A stretch of DNA of 64,000 bases, taken from a virus. The notes under the pieces are model-generated. The model saw only the letters and a program-made list of their open reading frames with translations. It did not search any database and was not told the DNA's origin. Shown in pieces: positions 19,941 to 29,460 of the stretch (position 1 is the stretch's first letter; each line of letters opens with the position of its first letter). The stretch spans positions 32,001 to 96,000 of IMG/VR virus record IMGVR_UViG_3300030098_004409; one strand, 5' to 3'. The position numbers and the translations under genes were made by a program.

Positions 19941-20578
19941 TATTTAACTTACATCAGATTATAAATCATTACCAAATGAATATAGGAGGCGCTATACATG
20001 TCGGCGCGTTTGTTGGCGAAGAGCTTGATGCATACAGATCTCTAGGTCTCACAAACACAATAATGTTTGAGCCACAGAAAACACTTTATGAAATAGTAAA
20101 GTCGAAATGCATAGACGATGAGAGAGTGTATAATGTAGCTCTTGGTAGCCATGCACATACTACAGAAATGTATATATCTTACACTGAAGGCGGCATATCT
20201 AACGGTTCTGGAGCTTCTAGCTCACTATACAGACCTAAGAAACATTTAACGGAGCATCCGCAGGTTAAATTTAATTCAAAGGAAGAGGTAAGGGTTGAAT
20301 GCCTAGACGATTTTTTACTAGATAATAATATAGATGTTTCGGGTTATAACTTTTTAAATATAGACGTTCAAGGGTATGAATTAGAGGTTTTAGCTGGTGC
20401 TATCAAGCTTCTCCCTCAAACAGATATGGCGATTGTAGAAGTCAACAGAGATGAGGTTTACGAAGGTTGCCCTATGGTTGAAGAGATAGACCAGTTAATG
20501 AATGTATATGGCCTCCAGAGGGCGCACACTTTTTGGCAGTCAGAAAGTTGGGGCGATGCCCTATATGTGAGGTTATAG
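19937..20578 (+). CDS. FkbM-family methyltransferase
   Basis: IHVGAFVG, MFEP, NVALG, NIDVQGYELEVL, WGDALY. Confidence 0.85.
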   Translation: MIFNLHQIINHYQMNIGGAIHVGAFVGEELDAYRSLGLTNTIMFEPQKTLYEIVKSKCIDDERVYNVALGSHAHTTEMYISYTEGGISNGSGASSSLYRPKKHLTEHPQVKFNSKEEVRVECLDDFLLDNNIDVSGYNFLNIDVQGYELEVLAGAIKLLPQTDMAIVEVNRDEVYEGCPMVEEIDQLMNVYGLQRAHTFWQSESWGDALYVRL

Positions 20579-20579
20579 T

Positions 20580-21386
20580 ATGAATTTTTTTGAAATGTGC
20601 CAAATAGAGACATCTTTATTTAATATTGACTTTGCTAAGCAAGATCCAGACTGGGCAATGGTAAAAGATGCCTATGATAATAACCTTGCGCGCAATGACG
20701 ACGACTGCAAGATACCGAAGATAATTCACTTCATATGGCTTGGCAGTGAGCTTCCCGATAAATATATCGAGATAATAAACGGCTGGAAAAAACACAACCC
20801 TGAATTTGAAATATGGATTTGGGATGACAAAAAAGTAGAAACATTCCTGCCTCAAATGATAAACAAAGATTTGTATGCAGAGACAGATAGCTTTGGTCAT
20901 AAGTCAGACATGCTTAGGTATGAAATACTTAAGAGGTATGGAGGACTTTATGCGGATGTAGATTTCCTATGCAATGCCAATTTTTCTGGTTCTCATAATA
21001 AGTATTGCTTCTATGCTGGTATATGTTTAGAGAGACCTGTACAACTAAATAATGGAATTATGGCATCTATGCCTAACCATCCAATATTAGATATATGTAT
21101 CGCACAAATGAGACTGGACAATCCTTGGGGTATACAGTGCCCGCAAACTCTTGTCCTGTATCAAACTGGACCTTGGGCGTTAACTAGAAGTGTTTTACAC
21201 TACATGAAACATTTTGGAGATGATGGTATAATGATATATCCCTCTACTACATTTCATCCGTTTCCGGCAGCCTTTAGACATGACGCTACAGATGAGCTGG
21301 TTAAATCTTACTACAGACCTTGGACTATGGCTTGCCATTTATGGCACTCAAGCTGGCAACCAGATTCGGAGCACTATAATGGATAA
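20580..21386 (+). CDS. GT32/Och1-like DxD glycosyltransferase
   Basis: IPKIIHFIWLG, SDMLRYEIL..YGGLYADVD, TGP, HLWHSSW. Confidence 0.85.
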   Translation: MNFFEMCQIETSLFNIDFAKQDPDWAMVKDAYDNNLARNDDDCKIPKIIHFIWLGSELPDKYIEIINGWKKHNPEFEIWIWDDKKVETFLPQMINKDLYAETDSFGHKSDMLRYEILKRYGGLYADVDFLCNANFSGSHNKYCFYAGICLERPVQLNNGIMASMPNHPILDICIAQMRLDNPWGIQCPQTLVLYQTGPWALTRSVLHYMKHFGDDGIMIYPSTTFHPFPAAFRHDATDELVKSYYRPWTMACHLWHSSWQPDSEHYNG

Positions 21387-22194
21387 ATTTGCGGTAAAAA
21401 CAAATCACGAAAACCCTCCTCATAACTATCAGATATTTGAGGAATATTTTTATAATAGATTTTCACAGGAACAGCCAGAGACCGAAAGAGAATACCTGCC
21501 GGTCTGCTGGACTAACTACTACGTGTCTAAAAATTATTGTAATGATGATATGTCAGACATTCAGGATTACCTAAACTCGCTTGACAGAGCGAAAAAATAT
21601 TTCACAGTATGTCAATGGGATGACGGTATTCGCAACGATGTAAATGATTTAGACTTGTTTGTCTATGCTTCTGGAGGAGTGGGAGACTATGCCTATCCTC
21701 TCAACTGTATGCCTCACGGAACTAGTGATGTAAAACACAGAACAATATTAGCTAGCTTTATAGGGGCTTTGCAAAATAGACATCCGGTAAGAAACTTAAT
21801 GTACCGTGAACTTTATAACAAGGACGGGATTGCTATGTCGGAAACTATTACATTTGAAAAATTTCAAGAGGTTCTGGCCAATTCTATATTTGCTCTATGT
21901 CCAAGAGGTTATGGTAAAACTTCATTTAGAATATGTGAGGCGTTAGAGGCAAGAGTAATACCTGTCTACATTTATGATGAACCTTGGATTCCATTTGAAG
22001 ACGAGCTAGACTTTGAAGAGTACGGTGTTCTTTGCTCTATAAACGAGTTGCCCTTTTTGCATAACAAACTAATTGATATGGTACAAGATATAGATAGCTT
22101 GCAGCAAATTATAACTAGAGGTGGAGAAGTATACCGTGAGTACTATTCATTTGATGGATGTTACAATAAGATTTTAAATAAGGAGATTAAATAA
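21379..22194 (+). CDS. Exostosin-like (GT47) glycosyltransferase
   Basis: ASFIG...HPVR, SIFALCPRGYGKTSFRICEAL...IPVYI...PF...LD. Confidence 0.75.
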   Translation: MDKFAVKTNHENPPHNYQIFEEYFYNRFSQEQPETEREYLPVCWTNYYVSKNYCNDDMSDIQDYLNSLDRAKKYFTVCQWDDGIRNDVNDLDLFVYASGGVGDYAYPLNCMPHGTSDVKHRTILASFIGALQNRHPVRNLMYRELYNKDGIAMSETITFEKFQEVLANSIFALCPRGYGKTSFRICEALEARVIPVYIYDEPWIPFEDELDFEEYGVLCSINELPFLHNKLIDMVQDIDSLQQIITRGGEVYREYYSFDGCYNKILNKEIK

Positions 22195-22791
22195 TGGAAC
22201 ATTTTTTTCAAGAGTTAGATGGATGGTTTGACGATCCTATAGACAAAGAGCTTTATAGTGAGATGGTAAACAAGTACCCGTCTGGTAGCCACTTTGTTGA
22301 AGTAGGAAGCTTCAAAGGTAAGAGCGCGTCACTCATGGCAGTAGAGATGATAAATAACGACAAAGATATTAAGTTTGATTGTGTCGATACTTGGCTTGGC
22401 TCACCTGAGCATCAGATCTTAGCCGAAGTAAGAAATGACACGCTGTTTAATATTTTTACAGAGAATATAAAACCAGTTGCACATAAGGTCAACGCTATTA
22501 GAGCCGCTTCAGTAGAGGCGTGCAGTCTTTATGAGGACAAGAGCCTAGACTTTGTATTCATTGATGCCGACCATAGTTACGAAGCGGTAAAAGAAGACTT
22601 AGAAGCATGGTTTCCAAAAATGAAAGATGGCGGAACGATTGCTGGGCATGACTATGGAAACCCTACTAACGGGGTAAAGCCCGCTGTTGATGAGTTCTTT
22701 TTGGAAAAAGATCTTGAAGTAGCTACTCTAAGGCATTTATGGAAAGTGTATCTGTGAGATCAGTAAAATTTTAAATAAGGAAACTAAATAA
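22171..22791 (+). repeat. 24-nt imperfect direct repeat flanking the methyltransferase gene
   Basis: attttaaataaggagattaaataa (22171-22194) versus attttaaataaggaaactaaataa (22768-22791); 22/24 identical. Confidence 0.7.
22194..22757 (+). CDS. Class I SAM-dependent methyltransferase (Methyltransf_24-like)
   Basis: VEVGSFKGKS, VDTW, DFVFIDADHSYE, GHDY. Confidence 0.85.
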   Translation: MEHFFQELDGWFDDPIDKELYSEMVNKYPSGSHFVEVGSFKGKSASLMAVEMINNDKDIKFDCVDTWLGSPEHQILAEVRNDTLFNIFTENIKPVAHKVNAIRAASVEACSLYEDKSLDFVFIDADHSYEAVKEDLEAWFPKMKDGGTIAGHDYGNPTNGVKPAVDEFFLEKDLEVATLRHLWKVYL

Positions 22792-22843
22792 ATGAAAAAA
22801 AATATCAAGTATGGAGTCTGGCATTAATTAAAGGGGTTTATTG

Positions 22844-23758
22844 ATGAAATTAGTATATATAACAAATGAAGATCCAAATTCTCAGTGTGACTATCAAGAG
22901 GTTTCTATGTTGCACGGACTTAGAGAAGTTCTGGGCGACGACTGCATTGATTTTCCACGCAAGAAAATAATGTACGGAGATTTCTCCGAGTCTCCCAAAA
23001 ATGAGCTTCACGGATGGGGATTTAGTTTATTGACAGAGCCAATAGCAGAGGTAGAAAATCGTGAGCTGAAAGACATTGACTTTGTGCTGTATGGAGTAAC
23101 TGACGCATATGGTGTTAAGAACAACCCCGTAATAGATCGACTAGCAAAGCATGGCGTTTGGTATTTAGATGGCCATGACCATAGTAATATAACCAGAACT
23201 CCATGTTTTAAAAGAGAGCTTTACAGGTTCGGGTGGCTTGAAGAAGATCAAAACGTTTTTCCTACAGGTTTTGGCATACCTGAGCATAGAATTATACCTC
23301 TTAACTTTGACAACAAAACACAGCTTATACAGAAAACAGCGCCTCCTTATGCCGCCTTTGGCCCACAAATACTAGGTCCGGCAGCTAGACAATTATACGT
23401 ATTTAATAATGAAGAAGAGTATTATCAAGATATGCATAGGTCTTTCTTTGGTTTGACCTGTATGAAAGGTGGATGGGATTCACTTAGGCATTATGAAATA
23501 TTAGCTAGTGGTGCATGTCTTCTATTTAGAGACTATGATAGGAAACCAAAACCATGTGCCCCACAAGAGCTACCCTGTTTTTCTTATAATAGCATGCAGG
23601 ATTTAGAAAGTCTATTCAACCGTCTTATAGTAGACGATAAGCCAACACAGGAGTATATAGAGATGGTGTGCGCACAAAGAGAATGGCTCTGGACTTGCGG
23701 TACAACAAAAGCTAGAGCGATTAAACTATTGGAGGTTTTAAATGAGCAAATATCATGA
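22844..23758 (+). CDS. Putative GT-B glycosyltransferase
   Basis: LDGHD, FKRE, SFFGLT..KGGWDSLRHYEILASG pattern of GT-B C-terminal domains. Confidence 0.6.
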   Translation: MKLVYITNEDPNSQCDYQEVSMLHGLREVLGDDCIDFPRKKIMYGDFSESPKNELHGWGFSLLTEPIAEVENRELKDIDFVLYGVTDAYGVKNNPVIDRLAKHGVWYLDGHDHSNITRTPCFKRELYRFGWLEEDQNVFPTGFGIPEHRIIPLNFDNKTQLIQKTAPPYAAFGPQILGPAARQLYVFNNEEEYYQDMHRSFFGLTCMKGGWDSLRHYEILASGACLLFRDYDRKPKPCAPQELPCFSYNSMQDLESLFNRLIVDDKPTQEYIEMVCAQREWLWTCGTTKARAIKLLEVLNEQIS

Positions 23759-24515
23759 TTTTTTACCCGACAACAACCTAGAAAAGAAATACTTTTCTGA
23801 AATAGCCAGCCATATAGAATCGGACGTTACTATTGTCTCGAAGAATTTTGGAGATCCAATGCCAGATGTTCCCGGCGATAAGATTATATTTATGAACGCC
23901 GATGAGCAGTATCGCACTCCCGAGGAAGTAAATGATCCAAGCGTAAAGTTAATATTCAAACAGTACTGCAGAGAAGGGCAACATGAAAAACTCAGACCGT
24001 TACCTCTTGGCCCCTCTAAAGACTTTAACTACACGCCGAACTCTTTTGATGATAGAACTTACGATGTTACATTTGTGGGTCAGATCGCGCAGAATAGAGC
24101 TATGTTCTTTGCTGAAATATATGATTTCCTGTCTGATCATAGCGTAAATTCTTTCTTCGGTTTGTATCAGGGTTTTAATAAAGGGCTTGATATGGAATCC
24201 TACTCAAAAGTGTTATCAAATACAAAGATTGCTATCTGTCCTCACGGCAGCGCCAGTCCAGAAACATTTAGATTTTTTGAGGCCATGTCTGCGGGATGTG
24301 TTGTTATTTGTGCTCAACAGCCAGATAATTGGATATATAGAAACGCTCCGTATAACACTATAGCTAGGGGGAATGTTTACAGCACTGTCAAGACATTGCT
24401 TTCTAATCCAGCTGCGCTAAGGCTGTTGTCGGATAAGTCAAAAGAATACCATAACAGTAGATTAACTGCATCACCAGTCGCTCAGTATGTTAGCGATCAA
24501 TTAGGGAGTATATAA
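23742..24515 (+). CDS. Exostosin-like/GT-B glycosyltransferase
   Basis: YDVTFVGQ, KIAICPHG...ETFRFFEAMSAGCVVI. Confidence 0.65.
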   Translation: MSKYHDFLPDNNLEKKYFSEIASHIESDVTIVSKNFGDPMPDVPGDKIIFMNADEQYRTPEEVNDPSVKLIFKQYCREGQHEKLRPLPLGPSKDFNYTPNSFDDRTYDVTFVGQIAQNRAMFFAEIYDFLSDHSVNSFFGLYQGFNKGLDMESYSKVLSNTKIAICPHGSASPETFRFFEAMSAGCVVICAQQPDNWIYRNAPYNTIARGNVYSTVKTLLSNPAALRLLSDKSKEYHNSRLTASPVAQYVSDQLGSI

Positions 24516-25306
24516 TGTTTAGTCGAAACCCACACTATCCATCACCGAAATACATAGAGAAAGATATCACAATATGTCTTCATGCGGGTTCTGATCCAGA
24601 AGTCGTTAAGAGCCAAGTTGAACTTCTAAAACCTCTAGAAGAAGAGTTTAACGTACATTGGAACAAAAGAATTGATCGTCGCCCAGCGGCATATGACTCC
24701 TATTCGGAACTAGTTAACGAAGCGGTCGCAACATCTCCAACAGAGACAGTAATTCTTGTCAATGACCGAGTTGTGCCAGAGCCTAGAGAAGTACGTTTTA
24801 TGCTGCAATTACTCCACAGAGGATATGCTGTGGCAGGACAGTGGAACGTAGCATTTATGGCTTTAACTAAAGAAGTGTTTAGAAAAATAGGCTGGTTCGA
24901 CGAAAGGTTTTACGGCGGAGGATGTGAAGACGATGACTTTGCTCTACGACTAAGGCTGGCAAACTTGGCTTATTTTGAGGCTTTGTCATGCGAATATGAT
25001 CAGACTTGGAAAAGCCCTTTGCTCAAAAAGGATGGGGCTAAGTGCGCGATATCTGGCCCATACTTTCATAGAAAGTGGACACAAACGCCGAACGAAATAC
25101 GTAGAGTTATTCCAGAGGAAAGTTATCCCAAATGGGACGCTATAGTTGGCGAAGCTCGACCAGACATAAGTAGCCAGTGGTTAGATTGGTCTCATTCAAT
25201 TATCGGGATGGATTTTGGTCGGAGAGAGACAGATGGAGACTCAAGGACTTATCACTTTATGTTGGATGATTATAAGACAGAGTACAGGAAAGTTACTAGT
25301 GTATGA
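24515..25306 (+). CDS. GT-A (GT2/GT7C-like) glycosyltransferase
   Basis: ILVND, KIGWFDERFYGGGCEDDDFALR. Confidence 0.72.
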   Translation: MFSRNPHYPSPKYIEKDITICLHAGSDPEVVKSQVELLKPLEEEFNVHWNKRIDRRPAAYDSYSELVNEAVATSPTETVILVNDRVVPEPREVRFMLQLLHRGYAVAGQWNVAFMALTKEVFRKIGWFDERFYGGGCEDDDFALRLRLANLAYFEALSCEYDQTWKSPLLKKDGAKCAISGPYFHRKWTQTPNEIRRVIPEESYPKWDAIVGEARPDISSQWLDWSHSIIGMDFGRRETDGDSRTYHFMLDDYKTEYRKVTSV

Positions 25307-25938
25307 AAATACTTTTTTGTGGATATAGAACATGGTCTATCAGGGCCTATGATATTTTAGGTAGAGTGTTTGATCTTGCCTCTAGCCCGCAAGAGCTAGA
25401 AGAAAAAACCTCTAAAGCTCATTATGATATTATATTCTTTGTGGGATGGAGCTGGATGATAGAGCAGCAACTAATGCAATCTAGCAAGTGTATATGTATG
25501 CATCCTTCGCCATTACCAAAATACAGAGGAGGCTCTCCGATACAAAACCAAATAATAAACGGAGAGAAAGAGAGCGCTGTTACATTTTTTGTAATGGATG
25601 AAAAAATGGATCATGGGAAAATATTGTGGCAGGAGAAACTTTCTTTAGAGGGTGACTTAGCTTCTATATTTCTTGATATGTCGCTATTAACAAAGGCTGG
25701 AATACTACACATACTAAATAATCCTAACGACGAAGGAAAAGAGCAGGACCATAGTCAGGCCACCATATATAAGCGTAGAAAACCAAAAGATAGCGAAATA
25801 AAACCTGAAGATTTTTATGCCTCAACAGCTGAAGAATTATATAATAAGATAAGGTGTTTGCAGGGACCTTACCCAAAGCCATTCATAAAATGCAGAGATG
25901 GTACAATACTATATATAACCGGAGCAAAGTGTGACTAA
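25303..25938 (+). CDS. N10-formyl-THF-dependent formyltransferase (probable sugar N-formyltransferase)
   Basis: HPSPLPKYRGGSP, MDEKMDHGKI, KIRCL..PYP; located in the glycan island. Confidence 0.8.
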   Translation: MKILFCGYRTWSIRAYDILGRVFDLASSPQELEEKTSKAHYDIIFFVGWSWMIEQQLMQSSKCICMHPSPLPKYRGGSPIQNQIINGEKESAVTFFVMDEKMDHGKILWQEKLSLEGDLASIFLDMSLLTKAGILHILNNPNDEGKEQDHSQATIYKRRKPKDSEIKPEDFYASTAEELYNKIRCLQGPYPKPFIKCRDGTILYITGAKCD

Positions 25939-26560
25939 GAAGTTAATAATCGCGCCGCATGTTGATGACGATGTGCTTGGGTGTGGTGGCATAATTGATG
26001 ACAATACATTTGTACTTTATTGTGGCTTAAATGAGTCTGACTTAATTGACAGACCTTCTATGAGAGTACGTCTTGACGAAGCGGATAAGGCGGCAGCTTA
26101 CTTGGGTCATGAGTATCTTCTTCTAGAAAACAAGGTTAATAATTATATTATCCCGGACTTAATATCTCCTATAGAAAAAACTATAAATGATATAAAACCG
26201 GAAGAGATATATATCCCATATCCGTCTTATAACCAAGACCACAGAGTTGCATATGAGGCAGCTTTAGTTGCATTGCGACCTCACGATAATAACTTCTTTG
26301 TAAAGAAGGTGTTCGCTTATGAGCAACCTCATGTTTTCTTGTGGGACAACTCGCATCAAATTGACTCGGCATTTAAGCCAAATTACTATAAGCCGATTGA
26401 TGTAAAAAGAAAAATCAAAGCTTATGAACTTATGGAGACACAGGTGAGAGCGTTTCGTAGCCAAGAAACAATAAAGTCTATGGCTCAACTTAGGGGCGCT
26501 CAGTCAAACTTAGACTACGCAGAAGCGTTTCAAATTTTAAGATACGTGGAGGAAAAATGA
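25931..26560 (+). CDS. PIG-L/LmbE family N-deacylase
   Basis: IAPHVDDDVLGCGG, NQDH, AEAF motifs; GTG start. Confidence 0.82.
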   Translation: MTKKLIIAPHVDDDVLGCGGIIDDNTFVLYCGLNESDLIDRPSMRVRLDEADKAAAYLGHEYLLLENKVNNYIIPDLISPIEKTINDIKPEEIYIPYPSYNQDHRVAYEAALVALRPHDNNFFVKKVFAYEQPHVFLWDNSHQIDSAFKPNYYKPIDVKRKIKAYELMETQVRAFRSQETIKSMAQLRGAQSNLDYAEAFQILRYVEEK

Positions 26561-27522
26561 ACAATATACTAATTACAGGCGGACTTGGATTTATAGGCGC
26601 ACACTGTATAGAAAAATGGTCAGAAGAGGAGTGGTCTGTATATGTAATAGACAATTTGTCTTCTAACACTATAACTGCGGAGCATCCGATAGCTCAAAAT
26701 GTCACGTTTATAGAAGCAGACGTAATTGATATCGACTGGGAAGAGTTGCCAAAATTTGACTTGGTTTTACATCTTGCCTCTCCTGTTGGGCCAGTTGGTG
26801 TCCTTAAGCACTCTGGTGTTATGGCTGACATTATACTTAAGGATATATACTCAGTAATCGAGGGCGCAAAACATAATGACTGCCCACTTGTATTTGTCTC
26901 TACTTCGGAGATATATGGACATAGAGACTCTAAAACTTATTTGTCAGAAGTTGGTGACAAAGTTCTAAAGGGTGAGTTTACCGTTCGTAATGAATATGCA
27001 ATAGCGAAGCTTTTGTCTGAGATTGTGCTTTCCAACTGCGCTAAAATAAACAAAGATTTTAAGTACCAAATCATTCGCCCATTTAATGTGACCGGCGCGC
27101 ATCAGCTTCCAGACGGAGGTTTTGTTCTTCCTAGATTTGTAAAGCAGGCGCTAGATGGAGAAGATATTACTGTATACTATAGCGGCGAACAGATCAGAGC
27201 TTTCACTTGGGTCAAGGATATCGTAGAGGGTATATACTTAACATCAACTGCCCCAGATGAACTATGGAACGAAGAGTGGAACATTGGCAACGAGAAAAAT
27301 GAAGAGAGTATTCTTTATCTTGCAAAAAGAGTAAAAGCTCTTACAGGTTCTCAATCTAGAATAGCTCATGTAGACCCCGTAGCGCTTCATGGGAAGCTGT
27401 TTTCAGAAGCCCCTGAAAAGATACCAGACGCATCTAAGATCAAGCAGAAGCTAGGCTGGAAGCCCACAAAGGGGATAGATGACGTTATCAAAGAAGTGGT
27501 AGAATTTTGGAGTAACCAATGA
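26557..27522 (+). CDS. NAD-dependent nucleotide-sugar SDR (UDP-glucuronate decarboxylase/ArnA-like)
   Basis: TGGLGFIG, HLASPVGP, STSEIYG, YAIAK, RPFNV, Q.RAFTWV.D.V.G. Confidence 0.8.
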   Translation: MNNILITGGLGFIGAHCIEKWSEEEWSVYVIDNLSSNTITAEHPIAQNVTFIEADVIDIDWEELPKFDLVLHLASPVGPVGVLKHSGVMADIILKDIYSVIEGAKHNDCPLVFVSTSEIYGHRDSKTYLSEVGDKVLKGEFTVRNEYAIAKLLSEIVLSNCAKINKDFKYQIIRPFNVTGAHQLPDGGFVLPRFVKQALDGEDITVYYSGEQIRAFTWVKDIVEGIYLTSTAPDELWNEEWNIGNEKNEESILYLAKRVKALTGSQSRIAHVDPVALHGKLFSEAPEKIPDASKIKQKLGWKPTKGIDDVIKEVVEFWSNQ

Positions 27523-28208
27523 ATATTATAGAGCAGATATATTATAATGATGTCAAGCTACATCCTTCTTATTTTGAGAAGTATAGAAAAGTTCCTAAGT
27601 ATCCGGGACAAAGAGAGTCTGGCGGGTGGAATAAGCACAGTGGATGGAGAGGGCATGACTTTCCTAGAGTGTGGTGTATACTAGACTTCATTGAGTGGAC
27701 AAGTCAAATTGAATTATCTGGGCATATTGGCGTTACAGACGATGAAGACCCTGAGCTAGAGTTTGTAGAGAATAGATTCTCCAAAAAGACAGTATTAAGT
27801 TATCCTCCGCACGACTTGCATGACGAGATTAAAACAGACGAGGGCTTTGACTTTTTTCTATTTAGCCAGACAATAGAACATTTATATAATCCGCATCTGG
27901 CTATCCGAAACATTAGAAATGCGATGAAGCCTTCTGGTCTTGTGTTTACAAGTGTGCCAACTATAAATATACCGCACATGACACCAGTCCACTTTGGTGG
28001 CTATACGCCGATGGGCTTAGCTTCAATGTTTATTTTGAGTGGATTCCAAGTTGTTAAAATGGGTCAGTGGGGCAATCATGATTATATCTCAAAGATTTTT
28101 GAAAAGCATACATGGCCTGACTTCTATGAATTAGCGAACGAAAATGGTGAAGTAACTAACGAAGAAAGAAATTGTTGTCAGTGTTGGATTTTAGCGAGGG
28201 CTATATAA
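27519..28208 (+). CDS. Class I methyltransferase-like protein
   Basis: FDFFLFSQTIEHLYNP...MKPSGLVFTSVP...H.TP.HF pattern. Confidence 0.65.
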   Translation: MNIIEQIYYNDVKLHPSYFEKYRKVPKYPGQRESGGWNKHSGWRGHDFPRVWCILDFIEWTSQIELSGHIGVTDDEDPELEFVENRFSKKTVLSYPPHDLHDEIKTDEGFDFFLFSQTIEHLYNPHLAIRNIRNAMKPSGLVFTSVPTINIPHMTPVHFGGYTPMGLASMFILSGFQVVKMGQWGNHDYISKIFEKHTWPDFYELANENGEVTNEERNCCQCWILARAI

Positions 28209-28999
28209 TGAAGAAGATATTTTTCTGCATGGCAGAGTACCCAGAGCCTAGACAGGGCTTCTTTTTAAAGTATATGTCAAAAGCTAATCAGAAATATTCA
28301 GACATGCATGGCTTTGAGTACATAGAAATGACAAGCTTGCCCAGAGAAGAAGATGGGGAGTTTTGGAGAAATAATCCTACATGGCTAAAGCACAAAGTTG
28401 TTCATGACTGGATTGAAGAAGGTTTTGTTGAAGACGGAGATATAGTCTCACACATAGACGCTGATATCGCTATTGCCAAGTTTGATAAGTCATTTGAACC
28501 AAGTGAAGGCAAATCCTTTGGTTACGCGATTGATTCCTGCAATACGCATTGCATGGGAGCGTATACAATTAGAGTGAACGATTGGTCTAGAAATATGTTA
28601 AAGAATATGCTTGATGAAGAGTTCTACCAAAGAATGAAACACAACAAATCTCCTGAGCATACAAATCCGATAACAGGACAACCGAACTGGGAGCTATTTA
28701 GAGAACAGGCGTCTTGGTATACAATGTCAGGACTACCTCTCCATAGCTGGATTCCATTTGCGCAACTACCTAACTATGGCTTTCACATGAACAAATCTTC
28801 CGAAACAATCTACTCGATAGACGAGCTGCTTGAGAATGTAGAAATCTTCCCGACAGAATGGAACGTAACTCATATCCCTGAAGAAGATGGAGAGGACAGG
28901 TTCTACATAAATCCCACAGTAACAGAAGATACTATACTTAGACACTTTGCTGGCGGAAGAGCATGGAGAGCACACTACTTTACTGGAGAAGAGCAATGA
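28208..28999 (+). CDS. GT34-like nucleotide-diphospho-sugar transferase (GT-A)
   Basis: Y...HGFEY, WLK, HIDAD (DxD), REQA, WNV, HFAG. Confidence 0.65.
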   Translation: MKKIFFCMAEYPEPRQGFFLKYMSKANQKYSDMHGFEYIEMTSLPREEDGEFWRNNPTWLKHKVVHDWIEEGFVEDGDIVSHIDADIAIAKFDKSFEPSEGKSFGYAIDSCNTHCMGAYTIRVNDWSRNMLKNMLDEEFYQRMKHNKSPEHTNPITGQPNWELFREQASWYTMSGLPLHSWIPFAQLPNYGFHMNKSSETIYSIDELLENVEIFPTEWNVTHIPEEDGEDRFYINPTVTEDTILRHFAGGRAWRAHYFTGEEQ

Positions 29000-29460
29000 A
29001 AAAAATAGCCGCTATATTAGACACGTTAGCTGCATCACAAAACTCATTCTATTTAATAAAAGAGTTTAATAAACTGCATAAAAACTATGAGTATTCACCC
29101 GTGTGTTTTTACAACAATTTAAGTGCCACGCCAGTCAAGACTTTCTTTGCTTGTATGAATGTTTCGTATTACTCATATTTCGACGGAGTGACAATAGCCA
29201 CATCTATCGAAACCGCAGATACTATTTTGAAAACAAAGAATAGATCTGAGAAGAAGTTTCTTTACTTATGGGATCTTGAATGGATAAGAGGATCTATGGA
29301 TTTTAATTATGTAAATTCTGTGTTATCTGATCCTAATTTGGCTATAATAAGTAGAAGCAATTCGCACAAACAACTAATAGAAAACTATTGCAATAAAGAA
29401 GTTTCTGGTATTGTTCAAGACTGGAACATGGAGCAGTTGGAGGAAATAATATGGACATAA
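28996..29460 (+). CDS. Hypothetical protein (possible stand-alone GT-B N-terminal domain)
   Basis: IATSIETA, FLYLWDLEW, IISRS pattern; GGAG RBS. Confidence 0.45.
   Translation: MKKIAAILDTLAASQNSFYLIKEFNKLHKNYEYSPVCFYNNLSATPVKTFFACMNVSYYSYFDGVTIATSIETADTILKTKNRSEKKFLYLWDLEWIRGSMDFNYVNSVLSDPNLAIISRSNSHKQLIENYCNKEVSGIVQDWNMEQLEEIIWT

Noticed and set aside
10577-29460. Bacterial chromosomal O-antigen/capsule locus or chimeric assembly
   Set aside because: No export or polymerase genes seen; the island is coupled to phage genes at both ends and shares the CCWGG avoidance of both phage arms.
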